A stretch of 64,000 nucleotides of DNA. Origin: Cladosporium halotolerans. Its lineage: Eukaryota. Below the pieces are notes generated by a model. It worked only from the letters and a program-made list of their open reading frames with translations, did no database searches and had not been told where the DNA came from. The position numbers were made by a program, and so were the translations under genes. The stretch lies in contig NW_027191452.1 of the NCBI RefSeq assembly GCF_011745625.1, forward strand, positions 372,001-436,000, read 5' to 3'. Positions 33,659 to 45,467 of the stretch are shown here, piece by piece (within the stretch, counting starts at the first letter, position 1; every line of letters begins with the position of its first letter).

Positions 33659-35052
33659 TCAAAGTTTACGACACCAATCCCTCCCGTGCTGGACCTGCCA
33701 TCCACAAAGCGCCTTCTCCATCCCAATACTGACAAACCCAGCCAAACAAATGCCCGCAGAATCGCTTACAGTGGTGGCGCCGAGACTGAACTCCCTATCC
33801 TCCTCCGGTACCTCCTCCCTAATAGCGGCAAAAGTGCTCACGTAAACCAAGCCCCCGAGCAAGCCTTCCCAGAAGATGATCGCGAACACGAACCACACCG
33901 TCGGGATGAATGGATACATCGCGTGAGCCGTGAGACCGATCAGGTTGAGAATCTGCAGGACTGAGGGCGTGTAGAGGGTCCGAACGCGGATGAACGGGAG
34001 CGAGGAGCGGGAGATGAAGACGCCGAGCTGGTAGATGGCACCGTAGGTCGGGTAGAATGCGCGGAAGTGTTTGAAGGGAGATTCGGAGAGGGGGAACAGT
34101 AGAGTGGGAGCGACGCCTTGGTTTATGGTGTATTCGGCCACGTAGACTAGGAAAAGGGGGAGCATGTAGGGCAGGACGAGGGATTGGGCACGGCGCAGTT
34201 TGGACGTGAAGCTGTCGATGGCCATTTGAAGGCGCGAGCGGTGGGTGTAGGCTGGAGACGTGCGACTGTCATCTCGTTGGGAAAGCAAGCCGTTCGTTTC
34301 TGCAGCTTGCTCCGGGTCTGTTTCGTCTTCACCGGGGAGGGCTTCATAGGAATTCTTCGATCTCGCTGTCTGAAGTGGGCCGTGTGGCAGAAGTACGAAG
34401 AAGCTGAAGATCATGATGAGTGGCAGGAATGCACTAGCCAGGAGAGTCCCGCGAACGCTCAGCCCGAACGTCGTTGTGAGTAGAGCGTAGGCACCAGCAC
34501 CGACAAGGCCAGCCCCGCCAGTGCCACTGCCCCAGGCGGCAAGCGAAGTGGACCCGTAGTAGTGAGTGAGACCGAGGAAACTAAGCTCACCGCCACCTGA
34601 GCTCATGCTTGCGAGTACGATGCCAGCCATCTTGATCGCGATGCCACTGGCGTCACGTGCGGTGGAGGAGAAGCCGACAAGCAGCATGCCGCAAGTGGAT
34701 ATCGCCGCGAGTATCCAGATGCGGAGGCCGTAAGGCACAACATGGATGTAGTACGGAGCAGTGAGCTTGACTACCATGCTTGGAATGACATCGGCGAGGA
34801 GGACGGTGCCTTTGGGGATATCGGGACCCACGAGGTCGAGAGCAGCAGTCAGGAGGATCACATATAGGATGTTGTTGATAAGGCCTGGAGGTGTGGTCGT
34901 CAGAGACATGTCACGATCGAGTATGGCTGCTGCAGCGTACCGAACAGCCAGAAGGCGACTGCGATGTTCCAGTCCACGCCGTCGAACAGCGCGCGCACAC
35001 GCTGGCGAAACATGGCGGCGGAGAAGGCGGGCGAGCCGGGCATGGGCAGCAT
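33659..35052 (-). CDS. BTN1: Battenin/CLN3 family vacuolar membrane protein
   Basis: MLPMPG...VAFWLFG joined by intron 34885-34940 to [71 protein letters not shown] and [10 protein letters not shown] motifs. Confidence 0.93.
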
Positions 35053-35822
35053 ATCCCTCAGCACATGTCCACGGGTCACGTGTGCGGACGCTGCAGTGCT
35101 GGAGGGGAGGTGTGCGGACGACGACTGAGGTGTCCAACGGGCATGCCTTATAACGGACGACAGAGAGAGAGGCGCACCCTCAGGACCTCAGGCAAGCGAG
35201 CACGTGAGCCCGGCGTCTCAGGCGTGCATGTGAGAGGGGCGCAGAGGGGCGCGCGCACGCCGGCTCGAGGGATCCGCAAGGGCGTCGCGGGCCGGGGCGC
35301 GGGCAAGCGGTGTGGGTGGAGACGGCAGCCTGCGTCCCTGGCGGCGGCGCTGTGGCCGCGGGCGCCTGGGCGAGGCGGCAGCAGCAGCAGCCAGCTCTGA
35401 TCGGCGCATGACGGCCGCCGTTTTTGCGCCTCGCACGCATCCTGGCCGGCCTAAGGTAGGTGCAGCTGCGGGTGGGCCTGCGACCGCCCTCTCCCTCTGT
35501 CTTTGCGCTGTCCACTCTGCCACTGCACTACCTACCTATCGCCTACTACCACCGCCCTCGACCTGCCCGCCTCCGTCTGCTCAACGCCCACCGCCCTCCG
35601 CCGTCCGCGACTCTGCGTCGCTGCCACCCTCCACTCGACCACCCCGTCCCCGTGCCCTCACCTGCCCATTCACGTGGCTGGCCGCCATTCAGCGTCGCGC
35701 AACACCATGCGCCCGCCGCTCTGAGGCCTGCAACGAGTACATACCTCACGCACTGCGCAGCGGCCGCCCGCAACGACGTCTGCTCGTGCACAACGCACGT
35801 CGCGGTCGCCAGCAAACACGCC

Positions 35823-38800
35823 ATGGACCGCCAGCTACCTCCTCACCCCGGCGAGCGCCCTCCGCACACCCACCACCACCACTCCTCCTCGTCAACCTCC
35901 AGCTTCCCGACGCCATACCGGATGCCCACCGCCCAGCCGCCGACGCAGACTCCTTTCGGAGATCCCTTCTCGCACGGTCGCGACCCGTTCCTGTCGGGCT
36001 CGCATGCGACAAACGGCGGCCTGGGCTCGTCCTCACGAGGCTGGCCGCACGCACAAGGTACGTTTGCAAGAGCCTGTTGCACAAGGATAAGCCATGCGGC
36101 AGACGCGCCGGCGGTACTGGACACGATACATCGAGCCGTCAGGGCCGAGTCGAGGTGCAGCGCTGCGAACGGGATTTTGCAGCGTTTGGCTGCAGCGACG
36201 GGACGAGACGCCGACTAGACTCAGGTACCTGGCCAGCCCAGCCAAGCGATCATGCGACACGGCAATGATGACGCGAGCTTTGGGCTGTCAGGCGCTGAGT
36301 GAGGCGGCGGCGGCAGCGGCAGAGCGATAAGCGGGCGCTCTCCCGTACGTGCTGCCTCGCCAGAGCTCCGCGCATCGAGTCGAACAAGACAACACGCTCG
36401 ACCTCGAGCGCCGGACGCATCGGTGGCTCGTCCCAACGGCGCCACGGCCAGGCGCGCTCCTCGCCCGCCCGACGCGGGACTGACAACCGACGCGGTGGAT
36501 CTGACCCTAGCCTTAGCTTCCCCGCAGGCGCTAGGCCCGCCTGGGCAGCTAATCGCAGACACGGACGAGCAAGCTAACACATGCATGCGCGCAGGTCACA
36601 GCGGCGTCGCGACGCACCCATCGCCCTCGCAACACCACCCCCTCCCCCATCCATCAGCGCCGCCGCCGCCGCACGCGAATGGCCTAGCCCACATGCCGCT
36701 GCCCTACGATCCCTCGCGGCGCCACTCGCTGGGCGGCGCCGCAGGCAGTCCGCCGCAGTATCCTCCTGGTGAGTTCGCCGCCTGGCGCACTATCACTGGA
36801 CATGGAGCTGACCATAAACGCCCAGGACCCATCGAGCCTCCGACCGCGCCGCCCTCCTTCGCCTCTCGCAACATGCCTCCGCCCTCCCCGCCCCAGCCAG
36901 GCAACACCTCGTCGGCGTCATCCATGCTTGGTCCAGCTCCGCGCGGTCCACCAACCGCATCGCCATTCTCTGGCATCCGCGATCTTGCCAGCCTATCGTC
37001 GTCATCGGCACCGCATCGCCCATCAGGTGGCATGTCGATATCCTCGATTCTAGGTGGCAGCGAAGACACAAGAAAGCCCGCAAGCTCGCCCCATGGCTCG
37101 AGCGGATTTCCGTCAGCCGCCCTACCTCCGATGCAGCCGCCATCACCAGGAAGAGCTAGGTCGTCAAGCATGCGTGAGGGATACAGCGGAGCTACACGGG
37201 ACCTCAGTCCAGGCAGGGCAGGCCCGCTCGCAGAACCCAGACCGGCTTCTGCAGCATTTGGACACGACCGATCCAGTTCTGACTATCGGCGCGAGGAGAT
37301 GTTCAGAGCTTCTCAGCCCCCGCGCGAGTCACCCCACAGTTTCCGCGCATTCAGGGCGCCCCCGGAACACTCTCCTAGCCTCAACGGCCATTCTGCCGTC
37401 GGTCGACCAAGCAGCCAGCCTGCCGAACCAGGACCAACCCGAACTTTGGATGATTTTGCAAGACGTGATGAGCCAAATGGTGGGAGACTGGGCGTGTTCC
37501 GCGCTTTCGGAGAAGGCCCTTACAAACCTAGAAGCGATCCGATTTCGCGACACGAGCCCTCTCCTTACCAGAACGGCGCGGGGCCAACCTCACAACCTCT
37601 GGACCGCGCTCCTTTTGGCAGCCCCATGTCTCAGCGAAATAGCAGGGAGCAGCTGCCAGCGCCATATCCACAGGTCTTCTACGGACCCCCGACTCGCGAG
37701 GAATATCCTGGCGCAATCCGCTCATATCCTCCACCTCAGACAGTCTTGGAACAAGCACGGGAGTCGATCGAAAACCGCCAACACCAGGAGCTCCGACGCG
37801 AATATCACCCCTCGTCCCCGCCGGTTTCCGATGTAGGCCAGCTCGACCGGTATCGCAACGGATTCCACGAAAGGCCCCTCACATATGAGGAGCACCAGAG
37901 AATGGAAGCGCAAAACCCAAATCGAAAGGGAAGTGATGGCTCGGTCCATCGAGCAATCTTGAACATCAGTCCAGAGCTCAACAGGAAAGGTCGCAACTCT
38001 CCCTTGCCACAAGCCGTGCAAGGAGCGCAGCCCAAGCACGTAGGCCCAGCTGGTGACAACCCTGGCATCAAGAGCGAATTTGGAAGAATGTTTTCTGGAC
38101 TCGGCAGTGGAGTTGGTAGCGCGACACCAACACCAGCACAACACGCAAATGGCTCGACCACGCCCTCTCGACTCACGCCTTCTAGAAACATGGAAGCTAT
38201 GGACCACGAGGATGGCAGAAGCGGCTCGCGACCGGGACGAGGAGGCAGCAAGAAACCCAGGCGCCCGCGAGAAGATGCTGAAAGGGGCGAAGCAGAGATT
38301 TACGACGGACGCATGACACCCAGCTTGTCGCAACGCGGCAACAAACGAGCCAAGACCGCCCATCATCATCATCACCATGCGCATCACCATCACCATCATC
38401 ACCATCACCAGCATGAGAACGCGGAAAACCAATCGAACCCTTTCAACACTATTCGCTTTCCATCCAACCCGCTGTCAAATTCGAGTCTAATCACACATCC
38501 GACCCACCATCACCATCATCACCATGGGGCGCAAGCACACCAAACCCATCAGACACACCATCATCACCATCACCCTCCTCGTCCTCTACCTCCTCTTAGA
38601 AAGCCAACGACCACTATCGACAGCAAGCAGTTGATGGAAGATGTCTCCAGTAGGCCGCGAAATCATCTTGGCTCTCATCTCTACGAGGCCGATGTGTCCT
38701 TCTCGCCCGCAAGTGTCCACTCCGATCCTCGAGTCTACTTCGTCAGCACGATGAAGCCAATGCCTAAACTCGAAGGGCAGGAGAACAGCACATACATGAT

Positions 38801-39422
38801 CAGAGTACCTCGTTGGTACCTCAGTCGGTCCAAAGAAGAGATCGAGGCTGGGGAGCCCAACCGCCTTGAGGAGATCTGCAAGCGTCGGCAGGTATTTGGC
38901 ACCGAAGTGTACAGTGACGACTCCGACGTCGTGGCCGCAGCGGTCCACTCTGGTTGGCTCAAAGGGGATTTTGGGGACTGGAACGAGGATCTGATGGACA
39001 TCTGCGACGAGGAGTCTGAGAATCATGACAAACATGCATCAAGCAACATCGAGGAGGCTCCCCTGTCACTGCCTTCCAAGCCGGCCAAACCCGTCATCCC
39101 ACCATCAGACTACGACGCGCACATCACGATCCTCATCCTCCCGCCGCTGGACTCCTACGCGAGTACCAGCCAGCATCATTTGCTGTCGCGAGAATGGACC
39201 AAGAACACCCCACACGACGGCATGTCTTTCGTCATCCACCGGATCGACTTCGTCAATGAAGGCGCGGCGGGCAGAAGCCACGCGCGCGGCGCAAAGGCGA
39301 GGAAGGCGAGGCTGGCGATAGAAGAGACGAAGAGGCAGGAGGCCGCCAGGGCATTGCTGATGCTGCCCGGATTCGGCGGCCTCGCCGGCGCCGCAGGGAA
39401 AGCCGTTGGGATAGGCGCCTGA
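35823..39422 (+). CDS. RXT3: Rpd3L histone deacetylase complex subunit Rxt3-like, with a long disordered N-terminus
   Basis: C-terminal RNHLGSHLY...VFGTEVYSDDSDVVAAAVHSGW...HDGMSFVI (Rxt3 domain); GMSISSIL motif; poly-His tracts. Predicted introns 36058-36594 and 36769-36824. Confidence 0.85.
38361..38573 (+). repeat. CAT/CAC trinucleotide tracts encoding poly-histidine
   Basis: Several (CAY)n runs encoding HHHHHHAHHHHHHHHHQH, HHHHHHH and HHHHHH. Confidence 0.85.
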
Positions 39423-39470
39423 TACATGATACCCTTCTTTATTAGAGCTGCTGCTGTGTTTCTTCGCCCT

Positions 39471-39493
39471 CGACGACGACGATGACGACGACG
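39471..39493 (+). repeat. (GAC)n microsatellite in the RXT3 3' region
   Basis: CGACGACGACGATGACGACGACG. Confidence 0.7.
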
Positions 39494-39964
39494 TCTAGCA
39501 TAGTTTAATGTTTCTCTCTGGCATTCCATGGGGGGTTGGGAATGCGGTACACAGTCATGGAAGAACAGCTTGTATAGAATGTATGAATACACCTGAGACG
39601 GCCTATTTATTTACTTTAAACCCGATCGATTTGTTTGTGTCATGTGCATTGGAGCCTCATGTGTATATTGCACTATACGTTATGCACCAATCATTCTCAC
39701 CATTACATATTGATGTCTTTGGTGACCTCACAGCACCGCCGCCGGCCCACCCAATCCCGCGCCCGCGTTCGCCGCACCTCACACCCCCGAAGAAGCTCGC
39801 GCCTCCAAACGTCCAGATCTTATCCATCTCCCGCGCCCGACCAAAAGTCGAGAAATAATTCCCTCCCATCCCTTTCCCATGGCCAGCAAATTTCTCAACA
39901 CATCCATCAGCCGATAGGCCCCTTCCTCACAAATTTCCCATCATCATCGTGGAACACAACAGCC

Positions 39965-41209
39965 ATGCACCGCCGCTGCAACCCCGCAGCCCTCGACCTC
40001 CTCGCCTCCATCCCGCTCCGCCAGCACCGCGCGCGCGCTTTCTTCCTGCACTACCGTCCCCGGAGACTTTTCAGCGCTGGGCTCACGGAGCCTGTAAAAT
40101 GGCATGTTGAGCCGAGGGAGCTGGGCGAGAGGAGGTGGAGGGATGAGGGGGATGGGCTGAGGATCACGGGGTATGGGACTCCAGCTGGGGTTAAAGAGGG
40201 AGAGGCGATGCCTTTGGCGCTGGAGGAGGGCGATGGGGAGTGGAGGGAGGGGGACTGGCATGCTGAGGTGGAGGTCAAGGGGGCGCGGGAGATTGAGCCG
40301 GCGGCGAGGAGCGCCTGGGTGGGTGGCGGTGCTGCTGGGGCTGCTGCCGGGGCTGCTGCTGGAGCTGCGGCGATGGCTGGTGGCAAGGCGGCGGTCGCTG
40401 GGCACGCGGCTGCTGGTGGGAGCTTGAGTAGGGCGGAGAGCAGGCTTGCGAGGAGGCAGAGGAGGGAGTTGGCGGGGAAGTATAGGCCTGGGCCTTCGGT
40501 TGCGATTGAGCAGCCGGCTGCGGAGGAGGAGGGAGAGGGAGACGATGGTCGGGATGCTGTTCTGAAGATGATTGAAAATTTGGAAGGGCCCAAGATTCAG
40601 AAGGCGAAGGTCAAGACGTCGAAAGCAGAAACGGCAGAGGAAGCGAAAGACGCGAAAGCTACGGAGCACGACAAGCGTGGCAAGCGTGGAAAGAAAGACA
40701 AGAATGATTCGAAGACCGCAAAAGCAGACAAGAAAACCCCACCTCCAGCACCCAAACCCAAACGAGAGGACTGGCAGGTCCAGAAGGCGGCCAACCGCGC
40801 CAAGCTCGGCGACGCTATCTGGCAGCCTCGCAAAAGATTGTCTCCTGATACCTTGGACGGCATCCGCGCCCTTCACGCATCTGATCCGGCCACCTACTCG
40901 ACCGAGACGCTCGCCAAGCAATTCGAAGTATCGCCAGAGAACATCAGACGAGTTTTGAAAAGCAAGTGGCGACCGAATGATGCGGAGAAGGAAGAGCGGT
41001 CTAAACGATGGGAGCGAAGAGGCGTGCGGAAATGGTCAGAGATGGCGGCGCAAGGATCGAAGCCACCGCAGAAATGGAGAGTGATGGGTGTTGGCAGCGT
41101 CAAAGGGGAGCCGAACGAGGTACCAGCTTGGAAGAAGAGAGCACCGCAGAGACCTCGAGAGACGGACGAGCAGGATTACGAGGAAGAGTTCGGTGAGAGG
41201 ATCTTGTGA
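39965..41209 (+). CDS. RRG9: Mitochondrial neugrin/Rrg9 family protein
   Basis: REDWQVQKAA...WQPRKRLSPDTLDGIRALH...LAKQFEVSPENIRRVLKSKWRP. The Arg-rich presequence probably starts at ATG 39965. Confidence 0.85.
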   Translation: MHRRCNPAALDLLASIPLRQHRARAFFLHYRPRRLFSAGLTEPVKWHVEPRELGERRWRDEGDGLRITGYGTPAGVKEGEAMPLALEEGDGEWREGDWHAEVEVKGAREIEPAARSAWVGGGAAGAAAGAAAGAAAMAGGKAAVAGHAAAGGSLSRAESRLARRQRRELAGKYRPGPSVAIEQPAAEEEGEGDDGRDAVLKMIENLEGPKIQKAKVKTSKAETAEEAKDAKATEHDKRGKRGKKDKNDSKTAKADKKTPPPAPKPKREDWQVQKAANRAKLGDAIWQPRKRLSPDTLDGIRALHASDPATYSTETLAKQFEVSPENIRRVLKSKWRPNDAEKEERSKRWERRGVRKWSEMAAQGSKPPQKWRVMGVGSVKGEPNEVPAWKKRAPQRPRETDEQDYEEEFGERIL

Positions 41210-41804
41210 TAGAAAGATACTTGACGAGGTAATATTAATGTCTTCACTCTTGAGCAATGTCTACTCTTCGATCGCAGCATGCACCTGGATTCGTCTGGAT
41301 TTTTTAGCACGATGATTCCCTTTCGACCATACACTATCCCGGACGGGTGGATTTAGATCTAGGCAATATGGATGGTTATTGCGAACGCTTGAAAGAATTG
41401 ATGGTGCTGTCTCACAGCGAGAAGTCTAGGCAATCGCTTCCATATCATAGAGTTGCATCAATAGGTTCGTTTCTACGCTGTTGTGGTATCTATTCCTTTG
41501 CAAGCATAGAAACATGAAAGTTGGCTTATGTAATCGGTTGGAGATCACAGCCAATCAGCTTGCAGCCAGTAAGCCAAGGAGAGGTATCGCGACTGTCTGT
41601 TTCCACCGGGCTGAATCTTGGGCTACTCTCCGGTAAATTGATGCTGATTGACCTGGATACCCTTTGAGTCGGCAGGAAAACGAAACCGCAGTAGGTTCTT
41701 GGGTGAGGCTTGAATTTGAGTACACTGAAGCCACTGGTATATGTACAGTATTGCAATCCTCGCTCGTAACTCTCAAAGCCTTCGCTCAACAAATGAAAAT
41801 GAAT

Positions 41805-42446
41805 CTACTCCTCGTCGCCGTAGAGAGCGCGGCCCTCCTTGGAGTTGACGAACTCGTTCCTGGATTCACTGGTCAGTATTCCGGTTATTGCATGGTTTCT
41901 TCCGTCGTCCAATCCCAAATTCGTCGTGCAGGGCATCAATTGGTGCACAGAATCTCCCACACTCTTCTTCCAATCTTCCACATGCTTTCCCTCCAACGCT
42001 GGAGCTGACTCACTTCTCAATGGCCCACTGCATGGTCTCGTACGCAATGAGGAGAGGGACGCCCCAGTAGAGGATCTGACCGCGGGTGCGACGGAAGGTG
42101 TTGAAGATGGCTGCGCTGAGGGTGCCGGCCAGGGGGTTTTGGCGGTTCTGGGCGAGGCCGTAGTGGACGATACCCTTCTGGGGAAGGGAGCCTGAGGTAC
42201 GAAAGGATCAGTCGGACGTTCATGGCGCCGGGAGGCAGTTCGATGTCTGTGTCGAGTGGGATAGCTTACCGAGGGCACCCCAAGGACCGAGGTAGCTGCG
42301 AAGATGTCAGCAATGCATTCTCTCGGAGTCGTCCAGCTGGTTGCGTCGCATTGAGTGCGAGTACTGGTATGAGGCGCATGGAGCGCGGGGCGCACTCACT
42401 TGCCGGGCTTGCCGCCGCCGCCCCTGAGGATCTGAGAAGGACGCAT
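41805..42446 (-). CDS. QCR8: Ubiquinol-cytochrome c reductase subunit 8 (4 exons; missed by the ORF track)
   Basis: Spliced product MRPSQILRGGGGKPGNYLGPWGALGSLPQKGIVHYGLAQNRQNPLAGTLSAAIFNTFRRTRGQILYWGVPLLIAYETMQWAIEKNEFVNSKEGRALYGDEE, with canonical GTGAGT/GTAAGC donors. Confidence 0.92.
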
Positions 42447-42719
42447 GTTGTCTGGTGTGTCGAGGGGTTGGGTATTCGGAGAGGAGATGAACGGCGGATG
42501 CGACTGGGCTGGTATTCTTGGGGCGCTGATGTGCTTCCTGCTGGGAAGTCGAAGGCGACAGCGGGAGTGCCCGATTCGCTGGCGCGGGCGGTCGAAGCGG
42601 AGGTCTTAGCTCGCAGGACGGCGGCATCATCGAAACGGCAGCAGCACCAGCTCCAACCAGGGAATCAGCTCGCTCGCCTGCACCAACTCCACCCCGTCCA
42701 TACCAGAACGATCTTCAGG

Positions 42720-43618
42720 ATGGCCGCCAACGCTCTCAACCAGCTGTACCGCTTCGCCATCCCGCTTGCCGCTGGCGTCGGTTTCGCCCAGGCCTCCCTC
42801 TACGATGTCAAAGGTGGCAGCCGCGCCATCATCTTCGACCGTCTGAGTGGTGTCAAGGAGGGTGTTATCAACGAGGGAACTCACTTCCTTATTCCCTGGT
42901 TGCAGAAGGCGATTGTATACGATGTGCGCACCAAGCCCAGGAACATCTCCACAACCACCGGCAGCAAGGACTTGCAGATGGTCAGCTTGACGCTCAGAGT
43001 GCTGCACAGGCCCGAGGTGGCCATGCTCCCTAAGATCTACCAGGTATGTAGAGCGAGCATGAGACTGTGGAATGATATATACTAACCGCATGGCAGAACC
43101 TTGGCCAAGATTACGACGAGCGTGTTCTCCCCTCCATCGGTAACGAAGTCCTCAAGGCCATCGTCGCACAGTTTGACGCTGCCGAGCTCATCACTCAGCG
43201 TGAGGCTGTCTCAAATCGCATTCGCACCGAGCTTCTGAAGCGCGCTGGAGAGTTCAACATTTCCCTGGAAGACGTCTCGATCACACACATGACTTTCGGT
43301 CGCGAGTTCACCAAGGCCGTCGAGGAGAAGCAGATCGCACAGCAGGAAGCCGAGCGTGCACGATTCATCGTCGAGAAGGCCGAGCAGGAGAGGCAAGCCA
43401 GCGTCATTCGCGCAGAGGGTGAAAGTGAGGCTGCAGACGTCATCTCGAAGGCTGTGGCGAAGAGCGGTGATGGTCTGATCCAGATCAGAAGATTGGAGAC
43501 CCAGAGGGAGGTCGCGCAGGCGCTCGCAAACAACAACAATGTCACTTACCTGCCCGGTGGCAGCAGCAGCGAAGGCAGCGGTGGAAAGGGCAACTTCCTC
43601 CTCGGTCTGAGGTCATGA
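42720..43618 (+). CDS. PHB1: Prohibitin 1
   Basis: [68 protein letters not shown] and [11 protein letters not shown] motifs. Intron 43044-43096. Confidence 0.95.
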
Positions 43619-44342
43619 GCAAGATATCCTACCTTGAGGGACAGATCCTTCCTGTAAGTATAATTTGAAGGCGTTCAGCCGGAACGGCGGCAATGGATAC
43701 GCATAGCATGGGATTTTCGGGTGGTTGTAGGAATCTACACTTCTTTCGACTTTGATTTCATTTCAGTATCTCACCGCTGTGTGGCAGTGCTTTCATTCGA
43801 ATCTCGTGCTCTTCATTCAACGCCATTTGGCTGGGTCTCGCATTTCGTTACGGCTTTCTCAAGATGCGACGTAAGCGAACTATCGATTCTGTCCTTGCGA
43901 CGTAGCCAAGCCCACTGCCATCACAAATCTATATCACTTCATCTAGACTCACACTGAAGAAGCAATCGCAGTGGATTAGTCGGCAGGGACGCTTCGTAGC
44001 ATGTCACGAATACCACCATATGGACACTCTTCCATCGCGAACCAATAAGTCGAGCGGATCCGAGCGTCCCCTTTAGCGCGCAAATGATCGAAAGCAGACC
44101 CCCGGTCAAACAGCCCTGTCTTCGCATGTTGCCGACTCTGCATGGTATCATTATTCAGCCGCACGGCTCTGCATCCATCATGCAGTGGCTCGAAAATAGG
44201 ATCCACCCAACTGCATATCGTTAGCGTTGGGTAATGAAAGAGTAGGGCATCTCTGTTCGTCCCGCCTGCCGGATCAAATGAATCCGTTAGCACTCTTCCG
44301 CGCACCTTCTCGCAATTGTACCCTCAGCTTACCATCGGCTTC

Positions 44343-45259
44343 ATGACCGAGTACTTTGCCGCCGTCGGGTTCCCAGCCCGGGTCCTAGGACGCGTGCCGC
44401 TCTTGATTCGATTCCTCAGCAGTGCAGGGCGGACGCCTTCGCCTTATGGTCTGGCACGCTACGGGCCCTCGTATCGCTTCAGGCCGTGGCTACGCCTTGA
44501 CGCCGTGGAGCTTGAGAATATTGAGGAGCTAATCAATCATGGCGCCGACGCTCATCTTGAAGCCTTCCGGGCGTCTCATCTGGCAGTATCAGGATCAACG
44601 GCTGTGGTGGTGAGTCTGGCGAAGGTTTCCGGGTTATGGTCTTCACCGATTAAGTTAAGATGCAGGGCGGCCTCCTTGTCGGCGGATCTAGCGCCATGCT
44701 AGCCCTTGAATCCCTCGTCGAGATGCACTGGAGTCCACGCGCGCTTTTCATATTAAGCCTTCTTTTAAGCCTCTTGAGCGTCTACTTCACCTTGCTTCAG
44801 CAACGCGAACTCGTCGCCATGGACATCCGCACCTTTCGACTTTGGCTCTGGGACGGCACTACAATCCCGGACCAGAACGACAGCTCGAAGCGGATTCGAC
44901 GTAGCTCGCTGTCCTCAAACATCATGCTGCAAGCACCGTTTGAACTTCTCGCTATATCTATCGCACTTTTCTTGGGCGCAATAGGCTTCTATCTAGGTCT
45001 CGCTTACGCCAGTAAGGTAACGCTGAGCAAAGGTTGGGACAGCAATCTCGCCACGCTCCTTGGCTTCGTCGTGACCGCGGTTTTCTCGCTGTCAGTCTTT
45101 GGTCAGGCACTGGGAGAGAAGGATCGTGAGTTGACGAGATGCAAGGCTATGATGGCGGAAGGTGAAGGTTTCCACATCTTACGCACGAATCCACAGGACA
45201 CCGAGGCAAACTCAGGCTACACCGAAACCAAGGATTGGACGAAACCTAATGAGCGGTGA
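44343..45259 (+). CDS. Hypothetical multi-pass membrane protein (2 exons)
   Basis: ORFs 44316 and 44660 are joined in frame by intron 44610-44665 (GTGAGT..TGCAG). About four hydrophobic segments. Confidence 0.65.
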
Positions 45260-45467
45260 CAACGGATATGGCGCCATGGATATCATATGTATCAATCATG
45301 TAGATATTACATTATGTCTCAAGCTGATACGTTTGATTGTTTACGGGACATGAAAATGCGTCTGCCAGTTAACAGTTGACCGGCGGAAGACCAATCAAAG
45401 AAAGTGGAACGTAGGAACCAAAACACCGTTGCTCCGCGACAACTAGTAGTCTTGAGCCTCACACCCC

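Noticed and set aside
41805..42395. 196-aa minus-strand ORF
   Set aside because: A chimera of introns and an off-frame exon of the spliced QCR8 gene.
43700..44305. ORFs between PHB1 and the membrane-protein gene
   Set aside because: Short, with no motifs and no splice support.
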